Assembly (NCBI GenBank): GCA_963663165.1
Contig: OY760175.1
Coordinates: forward strand, 1,408,001 to 1,472,000
Length of the DNA: 64,000 bases
Direction: 5' to 3'
From: an uncultured Desulfospira sp.
GTDB taxonomy: Bacteria > Desulfobacterota > Desulfobacteria > Desulfobacterales > Desulfobacteraceae
In this document: positions 31,060 through 40,731 of the stretch, in pieces
How the letters are laid out: each line of letters opens with the position of its first letter
Numbering within the stretch: position 1 is the stretch's first letter
Notes under the pieces: generated by a model
What the model was told of the DNA's origin: nothing
The model's input: the letters and a program-made list of their open reading frames with translations, nothing else
Database searches by the model: none
Made by a program: the position numbers and the translations under genes

Positions 31060-31980
31060 TCAAATTGTCTTTTTAAAAACAGCTACTGTCCTGGCAGCAA
31101 AATAGATCTGGAGCAGTAGGAACAAATTACACATCAAACGGATATTCAGCGCGTTTTTTTTCTTATAAAGAACAACAAGGCTGGGAAGAAAAATTAAAAA
31201 AACCGCACTGATAAGAATGTACGGATTATTCAGCAGACCGCCGGAAAGGATCAACAGCGGGATAACCATGCTAAAATAAACGGGAACCATCAAACTTGGC
31301 AGCTCCTGCTTACGAATTCCATGGCTCCATAGCCCTTGCAAATTGCTTTGTCCTCTCCACAGTTCCTTGGTAAAAAAAGCGGCTGCCGTATGGGCTTCAC
31401 CTAAATGGACCACTTTTAAATTTGTGTCGGAAAGAATTTTGCCATATCGGCTTATCCTGTAGCAAAAATCCACATCCTCGCAGGTTACCAGCGATTCGTT
31501 GAACCCGCCAATTTTCATAAAGTGGTTCTTACGGACAAAAAGATTCATGGACTCCAGCCAATCCACATATTCAAGTTCGGATTCTTTTTTTCGGATCACA
31601 AACCAGGCTTCCTGAACCCATGTGGGATTTTTTGGTATTTCGGGCGGCGCGCCCCATGCGGCAAGACGGTTATCCCGGATATGAAAAGATACCCTTTTAA
31701 GCCATTGGGGGCTCACAATACAGTCAGCATCAACAAAAGCAAGGATTTCCCCTTTTGAATGTTCAGCCCCAAAATTTCTAAGCCCGGATACGTTTTTACC
31801 AGGCTCAGTAAAAATTTTCACATCAAACTGTGCTGCAATCTGTTTTGTTCTGTCTGTAGACCCGTTATCCACCAAAATGGTTTCATAATCCGTTTTTGGA
31901 AATTCAATATTTGAAATGGCCCCCAGGCAGGACGCGATAACCTTTTCTTCGTTATATGCCGGAATGATAATTGAGATCAT
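31060..31980 (-). CDS. Glycosyltransferase family 2 (paralog of 5110-6027)
   Basis: SIIIPAYNEE, VDNGSTD, FVDADC and CEDVD motifs. Confidence 0.9.
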   Translation of the reverse strand: MISIIIPAYNEEKVIASCLGAISNIEFPKTDYETILVDNGSTDRTKQIAAQFDVKIFTEPGKNVSGLRNFGAEHSKGEILAFVDADCIVSPQWLKRVSFHIRDNRLAAWGAPPEIPKNPTWVQEAWFVIRKKESELEYVDWLESMNLFVRKNHFMKIGGFNESLVTCEDVDFCYRISRYGKILSDTNLKVVHLGEAHTAAAFFTKELWRGQSNLQGLWSHGIRKQELPSLMVPVYFSMVIPLLILSGGLLNNPYILISAVFLIFLPSLVVLYKKKNALNIRLMCNLFLLLQIYFAARTVAVFKKTI

Positions 31981-31992
31981 TGGAGATAATTA

Positions 31993-33876
31993 TTAAGCCA
32001 TGAATTCCTGATACCACAACTCAAACATCAGAAAACTCCACAACACAGCCGCATAGCTCCTTTTTTTAGACTGGTGGGTTTCCCATATTTTTTTTACCTC
32101 GCCCATGTTGAAAAAATGGCCCAGGCCGGATTCAGCAGAAAACAGGGTTGAAGAGGCCAGTTCTTTTAGCTCGCCTGTGAACCAGTCATCCAAGGGAACG
32201 GAAAATCCCATCTTCTTTCGATAAAGTATGCTGTCAGGCAGCACCCCGGAAAGGCCCTGCTTCATGATATATTTTTTCTCTCCCTGCCGGTACTTCAGCC
32301 GGGCGGGAAGGGATGCGGCAAACTCTATGACTTTTTTATCCAGAATAGGCGCCCTGACTTCCAGAGAATGGGCCATGCTCATTCGATCAACTTTGACCAG
32401 AATATCACCGGGCAGATAAGATTTTAAATCCGCATACAAAATTTTGGAAAGGTGATTGTCGGTATCGGCTTTATTGTAGTAGGCCCGGGTAACGGAAAAC
32501 GGATCGTAGTCTCCGATCTTCTGACGGGTTCCTTCCGTGACAACCCGGTCCCAGAGGCTTTGTTCAAATTGGGTGTTTGTCAGATAGAATCCGTAATCGG
32601 AATCGAAGCTTAACGAATTCAACAGGGTATGGCCCCGTCTGGCCATGCTCATATTCCAGGGGGCCAGTACTTTTGCAAGCAACGGAATAATTGATTTCCT
32701 CGTCCATGCCGGGAATTTGTTCCTGATCCGATTTTCGATATCATCAATATAGTATTTTTCATAACCTGCAAAATTTTCATCCCCTCCGTCTCCGGAAAGG
32801 GCAACGGTTACCTTTTCCCTTGCAAGCTTGCAGACGTAATAGGTTGGCACCGCCGAAGAGTCGGCAAAGGGTTCGTCAAAATGAAAGGCAAGGTCTTTTA
32901 AAATATGTTCGGCCCTGTTTTTGACGGTAAACTCGTTGTGGTCCGTATGATACAAATCGGCAACAATGCGGGCAAACCGGATCTCATCGTAAATTTTTGA
33001 GTCAAAGCCGATGGAACAGGTGGTGACCGGCTGATCCTGCTGTCCGGCCATGAGTGCGACAATCCCGCTGGAATCAATACCGCCGCTTAAGAATGCGCCT
33101 AAGGGGACATCGCTGATCATCCTGTACTTAACGCTTTGGGTTAGTATTTCAAAAAATTGCTCTTTGGCACTTTCAATTGAATACCCGGAATTTTCCTTAA
33201 ATGAGATGTCCCAGTATTCCTTTTCTTCCAACCCGTTTTTTGTGCAGGTCAGGTAATGCCCCGGTTTTAGTTTGAAAATATTTTTATAAATGGTTTTAGG
33301 GTCCGGCACGTACTGATATTTAAAATAATCGTAAAACGCCTCATAATTCATCTGTCGCTCTACGCCAGGATCTTCCAGAATGGATTTAATTTCCGATGCA
33401 AAAACCAGACTTTTTCCATTGGTATAATAAAATAACGGTTTTTTTCCGATAGGGTCCCTTGCAAGAAAAAGGGTGGACGCATCCGCATCCCAAAGGGCAA
33501 AAGAAAACATACCTCTCAAATATTGCAGGCATTTTTCTTTGTATTCCCTGTAAAGGTATAAAATCACCTCTGTATCCGTGTCACTCTTAAACGAATACCC
33601 TTTTTTAATTAAATCTTTTCGGAGTTCAATAAAATTGTAAATTTCACCGTTAAATACAATCCATAACCCGGCATCGGCGGTTGCCATGGGCTGATGCCCT
33701 TTTTCGGACAAGTCAATGATACTCAGCCGCCGGTGCCCAAACCCCACTGGTCCCTGGGCATATACCCCCTGATCATCCGGTCCCCTGTAGGCAATCTTGT
33801 CACACATTTGTTTTATCAGATCGCAAGAGACGGATTCATGGCCGGCATAATTAAATTTTCCTGCTATTCCACACAT
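31993..33876 (-). CDS. asnB: Asparagine synthase (glutamine-hydrolysing), exosortase-system amidotransferase
   Basis: MCGIAG, HRRLSIID, FNGEIYN, LSGGIDSS and SGDGGDE motifs. Confidence 0.93.
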   Translation of the reverse strand: MCGIAGKFNYAGHESVSCDLIKQMCDKIAYRGPDDQGVYAQGPVGFGHRRLSIIDLSEKGHQPMATADAGLWIVFNGEIYNFIELRKDLIKKGYSFKSDTDTEVILYLYREYKEKCLQYLRGMFSFALWDADASTLFLARDPIGKKPLFYYTNGKSLVFASEIKSILEDPGVERQMNYEAFYDYFKYQYVPDPKTIYKNIFKLKPGHYLTCTKNGLEEKEYWDISFKENSGYSIESAKEQFFEILTQSVKYRMISDVPLGAFLSGGIDSSGIVALMAGQQDQPVTTCSIGFDSKIYDEIRFARIVADLYHTDHNEFTVKNRAEHILKDLAFHFDEPFADSSAVPTYYVCKLAREKVTVALSGDGGDENFAGYEKYYIDDIENRIRNKFPAWTRKSIIPLLAKVLAPWNMSMARRGHTLLNSLSFDSDYGFYLTNTQFEQSLWDRVVTEGTRQKIGDYDPFSVTRAYYNKADTDNHLSKILYADLKSYLPGDILVKVDRMSMAHSLEVRAPILDKKVIEFAASLPARLKYRQGEKKYIMKQGLSGVLPDSILYRKKMGFSVPLDDWFTGELKELASSTLFSAESGLGHFFNMGEVKKIWETHQSKKRSYAAVLWSFLMFELWYQEFMA

Positions 33877-33948
33877 TTTATGGTAACAGTACCGTTCCTG
33901 GACTTACAGACAGCTGATTCATTCTTGTGCCTTAATATCCAAGCCTTT

Positions 33949-35010
33949 TTATAATGGGATATATTTTCTGGTTGAACTGCCAAATGCTGTCGACAGTGAT
34001 ACCGGCAGTTTCTTTATTATGGATTCGGCACGTTCTCTTGTCTTAAATTTAGAATCGCCCGAGCAGTTAAACTTTATTTTTATCTGGTTATCACCATTAT
34101 CATTGACTAATTCAGCCCAATGGAGGGATTCCGGCTGTGCCCCCCATTGTTTCTTAAAATTATACGTGCCTTCACCAATAGTCGAACGTCCAAAATCAAA
34201 AGACTTGAAGCCGTTATCGGCTGCAAATTTTAAAAAGGTCCAATATAGCATCATGTTGGGGTTGAGTTTATTGAACCTTCGCAGGGAAGAGGCCCAGGGA
34301 ATGGACACCACATTAGGGTGGCACAGAATGACCCCGGCGGCCGCAGGGTCACCTGAAGGCGTATAAACAATGCCTAAATGGGCCCGGTTCCCATAAAATT
34401 TTAAAATGGAATGTATCCATTTTCTGCTGTGGACCGGTGATCCAAGATCCCGCATGTTTTCAGAAAAAACTGAATAAAAATCGTTTAATAACCCCAAGGA
34501 CCCAATGACCGATGCCAGGCCGTTTTTATATGCTTTTTTTACCTGGCTGCGAACCTTGGCTTTTAATCCGGATAGCACTTTGTCAGCACCTGAAGACAGA
34601 TTAAGCACCATTCTAACTTTCTGTTTATTTACAGTGTTTTCTGAAACGAATCCTGCAAAAGGCCTGGTAGACCGTATGCTTAATTGGCCGCTCTGTGACA
34701 GCTTTAATGCCTGTTGCAACATTTTTTTTTCGATTGACTCATTATCTGCTAAAGGCCCGCCTGCATCACAATACGGAAGGGATATGAGATTTCTTTTTAT
34801 AAAAAAGGGCTTAAAGTTGACCAGTGGCAAAACGCCTTTGATCTGATTGCTATCCTCTGCCATAAGATAGCAGCATTCAAATTTATAGGCTTTTTCAACC
34901 GCCTGCTTCCAGGAAAAAAGCTGGTAACCGGTCCCTTGAGGATGCGAAAGAACATACTTGTCCCAAGCTTCTTTATCTGAATTCCCGGCTATTTTTATTA
35001 TTTGATTCGT
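33949..35010 (-). CDS. FemAB-related PEP-CTERM system protein
   Basis: SLPYCDAGG, MRDLGSP and FDFGRS..FKKQWG. The conserved N-terminus WDKYVLSHPQGTGY lies upstream of the first ATG (34863); the frame is open back to ACG at 35010. Confidence 0.85.
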   Translation of the reverse strand, partial: TNQIIKIAGNSDKEAWDKYVLSHPQGTGYQLFSWKQAVEKAYKFECCYLMAEDSNQIKGVLPLVNFKPFFIKRNLISLPYCDAGGPLADNESIEKKMLQQALKLSQSGQLSIRSTRPFAGFVSENTVNKQKVRMVLNLSSGADKVLSGLKAKVRSQVKKAYKNGLASVIGSLGLLNDFYSVFSENMRDLGSPVHSRKWIHSILKFYGNRAHLGIVYTPSGDPAAAGVILCHPNVVSIPWASSLRRFNKLNPNMMLYWTFLKFAADNGFKSFDFGRSTIGEGTYNFKKQWGAQPESLHWAELVNDNGDNQIKIKFNCSGDSKFKTRERAESIIKKLPVSLSTAFGSSTRKYIPL

Positions 35011-35042
35011 AGCCTGTTATCCTAAATTTACAATAAGGTTTT

Positions 35043-35255
35043 CTATCGTCTTGAGGCATTCCGGGAGTTTTGAGTGGATTTGCTCAAAGTTTTCCATATT
35101 AAGTCTACCACGACCTCAAACTTCTTGACCTGCCCTGATTTGATGGTATCTATGATTTCCGGGGACATGCCGTCCGTTTTAATGGACATGGAAACCTGAA
35201 AGCCCCTGATCGCCCGTTTGAACTGATCTGTTTTATATGTTAACCGGTCTTCCAT
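35043..35255 (-). pseudogene. Truncated HI0074-type nucleotidyltransferase substrate-binding (HEPN) protein
   Basis: 'IKSGQVKKFEVVVDLIWKTL' N-terminal motif, then a premature end at 70 aa; no RxxxxH motif. Confidence 0.65.
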
Positions 35256-35554
35256 ACTTTAGTATATTTTGATGCCTGGTTTTTAAAATCAGAGTTAACT
35301 GTATCAAAATTGATGAGATCGACTTCATAAGGGACAATACTCTCATCCAAGAATGCATAAAATTTTATTGAAACAGCCTCAAACTCCCTCTCATCTATGC
35401 CCTGTATACCGATATCAAAATCTGAGCCTTTTTTTATATTATCCATTGCTCTGGAACCAAACAGAATCTTGCACGATTTTCCCCGGCACAGGCGGGTCAG
35501 CTCCTCACGGAGGATCCGTTCGTACTTTTCTTCGTATTTTTTGTCGAGTTCCAC
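35240..35554 (-). CDS. Minimal nucleotidyltransferase (MNT, antitoxin-like)
   Basis: LFGSRA..GSDFDI and VDLI motifs; overlaps the HEPN-like ORF. Confidence 0.85.
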   Translation of the reverse strand: MELDKKYEEKYERILREELTRLCRGKSCKILFGSRAMDNIKKGSDFDIGIQGIDEREFEAVSIKFYAFLDESIVPYEVDLINFDTVNSDFKNQASKYTKVWKTG

Positions 35555-35563
35555 TATATTCTT

Positions 35564-35653
35564 CTTCGCGCCTCTGCGGCTTTGCGTGATTATTGAAAAG
35601 ACTCAATGCGGCTTTGCCGCATTTTGGTTTTGGACTCTCGCAAAGGCGCAAAG
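35564..35653. repeat. 8-nt-period palindromic repeat arms with a central GCGGC-TTT-GCCGC hairpin
   Basis: CTTCGCGCCTCTGCGGCTTTGCGTGA ... TCTCGCAAAGGCGCAAAG; same family as 54918 and 62103. Confidence 0.7.
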
Positions 35654-35674
35654 GTTTTTAATTGAGTTCACTTG

Positions 35675-36538
35675 TTACATGGGCAACGCCTTGATGTTTT
35701 CGATATATTTTGCGCAGGTGATAAACTGATGATCTTGAAATGAGTTTATCAAATTTTTTAATTTGGTTTCGGTTTTATCCAAATTAATGTAATGCCTGAA
35801 TTTAAACCCGGTAGAGGCCTGTTCCACCCTTGGCTGCTCTGGATCAAATTCCCATGGGTGGGCGTAAAAAACAAAAGCGCTGTCCTTTTTTAAAACCAAT
35901 TTCATACCAAGCTTAAAAAAGGGAAAGGGATATAACCTGAAATATCCGCCTCCCCCCAAAGGAAATATCTTTCTCATAAGCTTGAGATTGCTCAACGGCA
36001 GTTCATAAAACCGATCCGAAATTTTAAACAGACCGTCTTTTTTTGGGGCAGCTGACAGATCAATTGTTCCGTACCGGCCATGTGCTGAAAAAGAATTATA
36101 GCTTGAATCATATGTATATCCAGCCTGCTCGATGGAACATAATACCGTATCATTGACGGCAAAACTGGGTGCCCGGTATCCAAAAACCGGACTTCCGGTC
36201 ATATCCTCTAAAAGAAATTTACTTGTTTTGAGATCTTCAAGCAGGTCTTGTGGGGTCAGATTGGCACACAGGTGATGGTTAAATCCATGGGATGCGATTT
36301 CATGGCCCCGGCTTTGAATTTCCCTGACCAGATTGGGACATTTTTGGGCAATCCATCCCAGGACGAAAAAGGTTGCTTTGGGTTTGAATGGAAAACTGTC
36401 GAGAAAATCAAGGATGTTATGGGTATTTTTTTCTACCCGTAACTCAAAAGAATTCCAGGTTGAGAATTCGATATAACTTTTGAAATTCTCAACCTGGAAC
36501 CAGTCTTCTACGTCAAAGGTTAATAGGATGGGCCCCAT
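35675..36538 (-). CDS. XrtA-system polysaccharide deacetylase (DUF3473-containing)
   Basis: TFDVEDWFQ, GYRAPSF, GGGYFRLYP and HPWEFDP motifs. Confidence 0.92.
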   Translation of the reverse strand: MGPILLTFDVEDWFQVENFKSYIEFSTWNSFELRVEKNTHNILDFLDSFPFKPKATFFVLGWIAQKCPNLVREIQSRGHEIASHGFNHHLCANLTPQDLLEDLKTSKFLLEDMTGSPVFGYRAPSFAVNDTVLCSIEQAGYTYDSSYNSFSAHGRYGTIDLSAAPKKDGLFKISDRFYELPLSNLKLMRKIFPLGGGGYFRLYPFPFFKLGMKLVLKKDSAFVFYAHPWEFDPEQPRVEQASTGFKFRHYINLDKTETKLKNLINSFQDHQFITCAKYIENIKALPM

Positions 36539-37884
36539 TATTGTTGATTAAATTCCCGACCGATGCCGTGATACTCAAATCCGGCTTCCCGGACCTCTTC
36601 AGGATCATATTGATTCCGGCCGTCAAAGATGACCGGTTCTTTCATCAGCTCCTTCATTTTCTTGAAATCCGGCTGCCGGAAGGCCTTCCATTCCGTGACC
36701 AGGAGCAGGGCATCTGCATCTTTTATGGCCTCATACTGGGTATCGGCCATGCAGATCTTTTGATCGTCAATATATGCTTTGGGCAGCTCTTTTTTGGCCT
36801 GTTCCATGGCCACCGGATCATAGGCGTTTATTATGCCGCCTGCCTGGATTAATGCATTGATCAGAACAATGGAGGAGGCTTCCCTCATATCGTCTGTTCC
36901 CGGCTTAAAGGAAAGACCCCATAGACAGAAAGTTTTTCCTGAAAGGTCCCGGCCGAAGCGGTTGATGATTTTTTCGGGCAGGATCATTTTCTGGGCGTTG
37001 TTTCTGTTTTCAACCGCATCCAGGACCAGGGGATCAAATCCGTTGTCTTTGCTGGTTTTAATAAGGGCTTTTACATCTTTGGGAAAGCAGGAACCGCCAT
37101 AGCCGCAGCCCGGATAAATAAAAGAATATCCGATCCGGCTGTCTGATCCGATTCCTTTTCTGACATTTTCCACATCCACCCCCAGCCGTTCACAGAGATT
37201 TGAGATTTCATTCATAAAAGAAATCTTGGTGGCCAGCATGGAATTGGCGGCATATTTGGTCATTTCAGCGTCCCGGACATTCATCAAAATAACCTTTTCC
37301 CTATTTCTGGAAAAGGGCGCATAAAGCCGTTTCATAATCTTGGCCGCCCGGTCTGAATTGGCACCGACCACAATCCGGTCTGGTTTTAAAAAATCATTGA
37401 CCGCAGCCCCCTCTTTTAAAAATTCCGGGTTGGAGACCACATCGAATTCAACCGTTACCCCTCTTTCTTCAAGGGCTTCATTAATGGTTGCCCGAACCTT
37501 GTCCGCCGTTCCCACAGGTACAGTTGATTTGTCCACAACAACTGAATACTTGGTGATGTGCTGACCGATCTCCCGGGCTACCTGAAGGACGTACTGCAGA
37601 TCGGCAGACCCGTCTTCCCCGGGCGGGGTTCCCACGGCAATGAAAAAAATGTTTGAATTGGCCGCAGCCTGTTCCAGGCTGGTGGTAAATTCCAATGTGC
37701 CCTCTTTGTAATTATTGATTACCAAAGATTCAAGACCTGGCTCGTAGATAGGAAGAATTCCGCTCTTAAGCCCGTTGATTTTGCCTTCATCCACATCTAC
37801 ACAGGTGACTCGTGATCCCATTTCAGCAAAACAGGCGCCTGTGACCAGGCCAACGTATCCGGTTCCAATAATTGTAATATTCAT
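36538..37884 (-). CDS. ugd: UDP-glucose 6-dehydrogenase
   Basis: GTGYVG, KSTVPVG, SNPEFL and GGSCFPKD motifs. Confidence 0.95.
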   Translation of the reverse strand: MNITIIGTGYVGLVTGACFAEMGSRVTCVDVDEGKINGLKSGILPIYEPGLESLVINNYKEGTLEFTTSLEQAAANSNIFFIAVGTPPGEDGSADLQYVLQVAREIGQHITKYSVVVDKSTVPVGTADKVRATINEALEERGVTVEFDVVSNPEFLKEGAAVNDFLKPDRIVVGANSDRAAKIMKRLYAPFSRNREKVILMNVRDAEMTKYAANSMLATKISFMNEISNLCERLGVDVENVRKGIGSDSRIGYSFIYPGCGYGGSCFPKDVKALIKTSKDNGFDPLVLDAVENRNNAQKMILPEKIINRFGRDLSGKTFCLWGLSFKPGTDDMREASSIVLINALIQAGGIINAYDPVAMEQAKKELPKAYIDDQKICMADTQYEAIKDADALLLVTEWKAFRQPDFKKMKELMKEPVIFDGRNQYDPEEVREAGFEYHGIGREFNQQ

Positions 37885-37954
37885 TTTTTTTTATTTACCT
37901 TTTTAATTTGTAACTATTCCGCGAATGCTAAAAACTAAGCAGAAATCAGGGTCC

Positions 37955-38061
37955 GTAACTGTTCATCAGTGCTTCATATTTGTTTAGTCAGGACTTCGTA
38001 GCATACTTTTGCTATGTGAGAAGGCCTGAATGAGCGAAGATGGGGCACTGCTGAACAGTTA
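37955..38061. repeat. ~108-bp palindromic MITE/REP-like element
   Basis: GTAACTGTTCATCAGTGCTTCAT ... ATGGGGCACTGCTGAACAGTTA(C) inverted ends; the right end is split by ISAzo13 copy 3. Confidence 0.65.
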
Positions 38062-39442
38062 GGGATGTGGTAAAATTAAAACCCACAATTCATTCCTCAT
38101 AGCATGGAATATCAACAGCCCATTTTTCAATCCCTGGAATCCGAATAATTTTGTTTTCTATATTATTCACGGCGGACTTGACCAAACGTACCCCTGTCGG
38201 GTAAACACCTTTGATTAATTTGACGACAGGATTTTCTCCTTTCCATGTCATTGTTCGACATAGACCGAGAACCTTTTCAATTTTGTTCAGCAATTCGCCT
38301 TTCCAATGATTTTCCAAAACACCCCAAACTCGCTCTATTGGGTTGTATTTACTGTGGTACGGGGGATAGTACACCAAACTAATATTTACAAATGCTGATT
38401 TGGCAAAGTCCACGAGGCGACTAATGAATTGGCTCCTTCGGCTACTATTTTCCGGCCCATTATCAAGATTGATCACCAGTGTATGTGGGGCGAATCTTGC
38501 GTTCAAAGAAGGCCAGAGTGATTCCAGCGCATCAATCATGAAATCAGAGGTGATGTTGCTTTCAGTGAAGTACATATAATTTTCATCCAGAGCAGGTATG
38601 TTGATACCGAAAAGTTTCAAAAGGGAATCGGGTTTAAAATCATGGTCCGCCGCTTTAAGATTGCAACGACTATATCCGCCTCGGGAATAAGGCCCTATTT
38701 TAATAGTGGCTTTTGCGTCCATTGAGATACGTAAAACGCCATCTGTTTCATCGGCTAGTTGGTTTGTCCTATGCACATATTCAAAAATGATGTCTGTTTC
38801 AGGAATTTTTTTTTTACCTTGGCTTTGGCGACCTTCTTCAGTTTAAAACCCAATTTATTCATTATGGTGGATAGAGTCCGTACTGTTGGCATATTCTCAG
38901 GGTCATATCCCATGTCGTCAACTAATCGACGGAATACTTCATTCGCAGATATTGGGGAATATAAATTCTGGGTACGGAATGTAGGATCAGTCTGACATAT
39001 AGGGTTTACAATACGAGTTATGTCCTCTTTTAAATTCGGAAAATGTTCTAAACACGATTTCCGGCCTCGTCCGGAAAAATTATCAACACAGGTAACTCCG
39101 CTTTCTATTTCCCGTCGCCCTTTGATTATTGTTTTCCGATCCCAACCCAGTTCTCTTTCAGCCTTTAGTTGTCCGCCGTGCCCCATAAGGGAGACAACGC
39201 GTGCCATGAATTGGCGCCGTTCATGGCCTTTTAATTTGCTTCGAGTGGTATTCAGAAAATCCTTTAGTGGTGGCGTTAATTCCGATATAGTTTTGGGTAA
39301 ATTGTGCTTAGAATGATCAAACATGGTCCTCCTGTATTTTTTATGTAATCTTCCATGTTGACCATAAACTATCGATTCCATGTTGTCTATAGAAATCAGA
39401 ATTCAGACTATGGAATTGTGGATATTAATTTTTCTGAGGCCC
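38062..39442 (-). mobile_element. ISAzo13-family insertion sequence, copy 3 (1381 bp)
   Basis: Same ends as copy 1. TTA duplication at 38059-38061 and 39443-39445, the latter being the exosortase stop codon. Confidence 0.93.
38090..39324 (-). CDS. ISAzo13 transposase, copy 3 (split at an A10 tract)
   Basis: Translations identical to copy 1. Confidence 0.85.
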
Positions 39443-40279
39443 TTACTTTAATTTTTCAATTTTTATTTCAATAAGAAACACCAGGTACACCAAGACAAGC
39501 GCCGTGCCAAAAATAATCAGCCCGGACATGTCATGGAGAAACCCATGGGCGGTTTCAGGGCCCACCCAGGCAGCCAATCCGCCGGTGATGGTCAGCCGGA
39601 CCACATTAACGGCTACGGCAATGGGAATGGCCGATAAAAATAAGATCCACTTTTTTAATGTTGTTAAAGGTGCCAGGAAAGAAAATGCGCCGGTCAACGC
39701 CAGCAAAGACGTCAGGGACCGTATCCCGGAACAGGCATCCACTACCTCAAGGGAAGTGTTGGACAGGTGAAGAATATTTCCTTCCCGGAATACCGGAATC
39801 CCCAGCATGCCGATGGTCTCGCTGGAAATGCCGGCCGCAAACATTTGCAGGGGAAAGGCGATTTTATTCCATATAATGGCAGGGATGGGGATCATCATGA
39901 TCAAATAAAGGACCGGAACCATAACCACTCTATACATCGTGAATCCATAACAATAAACAATGATGCCGGAAATGGTAATGATCATGGAAAACCGCATTAA
40001 AAACAACTCTGATCCCACATTGCCTGCAATATGGATCAACATGCCCAGGATAATGATATATAGCCCTGTGTTTGATGGATCTTTAGGGGTCCGGCGAATT
40101 TCATGCTGCCGGTACCAGACCATATATAAAGAAACAAAGGGGATCAAAAACCCATGGGAAAAATTGGCATCCGTGGACCAGTCTGAGATGAGTTTCAGGA
40201 TGGCATGGTGATACAGGAAGCCGAAAGCTATAACGAGGAAGGCGAGTTGGTATATGTTTTTTTTCATTTGGACTTTCAT
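39443..40279 (-). CDS. epsH: Exosortase (EpsH family)
   Basis: FSHGFLIP; Cys-Arg-His triad in ACSGIRS, NVVR and LHD; ~8 TM helices. Confidence 0.92.
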   Translation of the reverse strand: MKVQMKKNIYQLAFLVIAFGFLYHHAILKLISDWSTDANFSHGFLIPFVSLYMVWYRQHEIRRTPKDPSNTGLYIIILGMLIHIAGNVGSELFLMRFSMIITISGIIVYCYGFTMYRVVMVPVLYLIMMIPIPAIIWNKIAFPLQMFAAGISSETIGMLGIPVFREGNILHLSNTSLEVVDACSGIRSLTSLLALTGAFSFLAPLTTLKKWILFLSAIPIAVAVNVVRLTITGGLAAWVGPETAHGFLHDMSGLIIFGTALVLVYLVFLIEIKIEKLK

Positions 40280-40701
40280 TGGGACTTGGGACTTGGGACT
40301 TGGGACTTGGGGGGAGTTTCCCTTAATTGATCCCGAAGCTTGAAGTTTTTAAATCCTGTCAGCAACCTGCTAACTCTATCGATGAGCGCAAGGACCGTTT
40401 CCTTTGATTCTGAGTTAATATATCCCAACTTGCTTGAAATTTCTATCTGGGTATCTAATTCATAAAGCGAACCTTTTGCAATATCAAGGAAACGGGTGAG
40501 TTCTTTAATGGTATATCTTCCGTGTCCTTCTGCTATATTCGATGGGATTGAAACGGCACATCTCCTCATTTGTGCGATCAAGCCGTATTGTTCATGACTT
40601 AGGAATCTTTTAGTTATTGTATAAACCAATAAAACCAAATCCATAGATCGTTGCCAGACCGCTAACGTCTTGAAACTATATTTATTTTTCTCATGCCCCA
40701 T
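40276..40701 (-). CDS. Four-helix-bundle protein (23S rRNA IVS protein family)
   Basis: VWQRSM, EQYGLIAQMRRCAVSIPSNIAEG and IAKGSLYELDTQ motifs; both termini are encoded by heptamer repeats. Confidence 0.92.
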   Translation of the reverse strand: MGHEKNKYSFKTLAVWQRSMDLVLLVYTITKRFLSHEQYGLIAQMRRCAVSIPSNIAEGHGRYTIKELTRFLDIAKGSLYELDTQIEISSKLGYINSESKETVLALIDRVSRLLTGFKNFKLRDQLRETPPKSQVPSPKSQ

Positions 40702-40731
40702 ACCCCAAGTCCCATATCTCAAGCCCCAAGT
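40279..40731. repeat. Inverted heptamer tandem-repeat arms flanking the four-helix-bundle gene
   Basis: (TTGGGAC)x4 at 40279-40306; complementary CCCAAGT/CCCATAT-type units at 40694-40731. Confidence 0.85.

Noticed and set aside
40276..40701. Diversity-generating retroelement (Avd-like four-helix protein)
   Set aside because: No reverse transcriptase and no TR/VR pair with adenine-specific mismatches seen in the window
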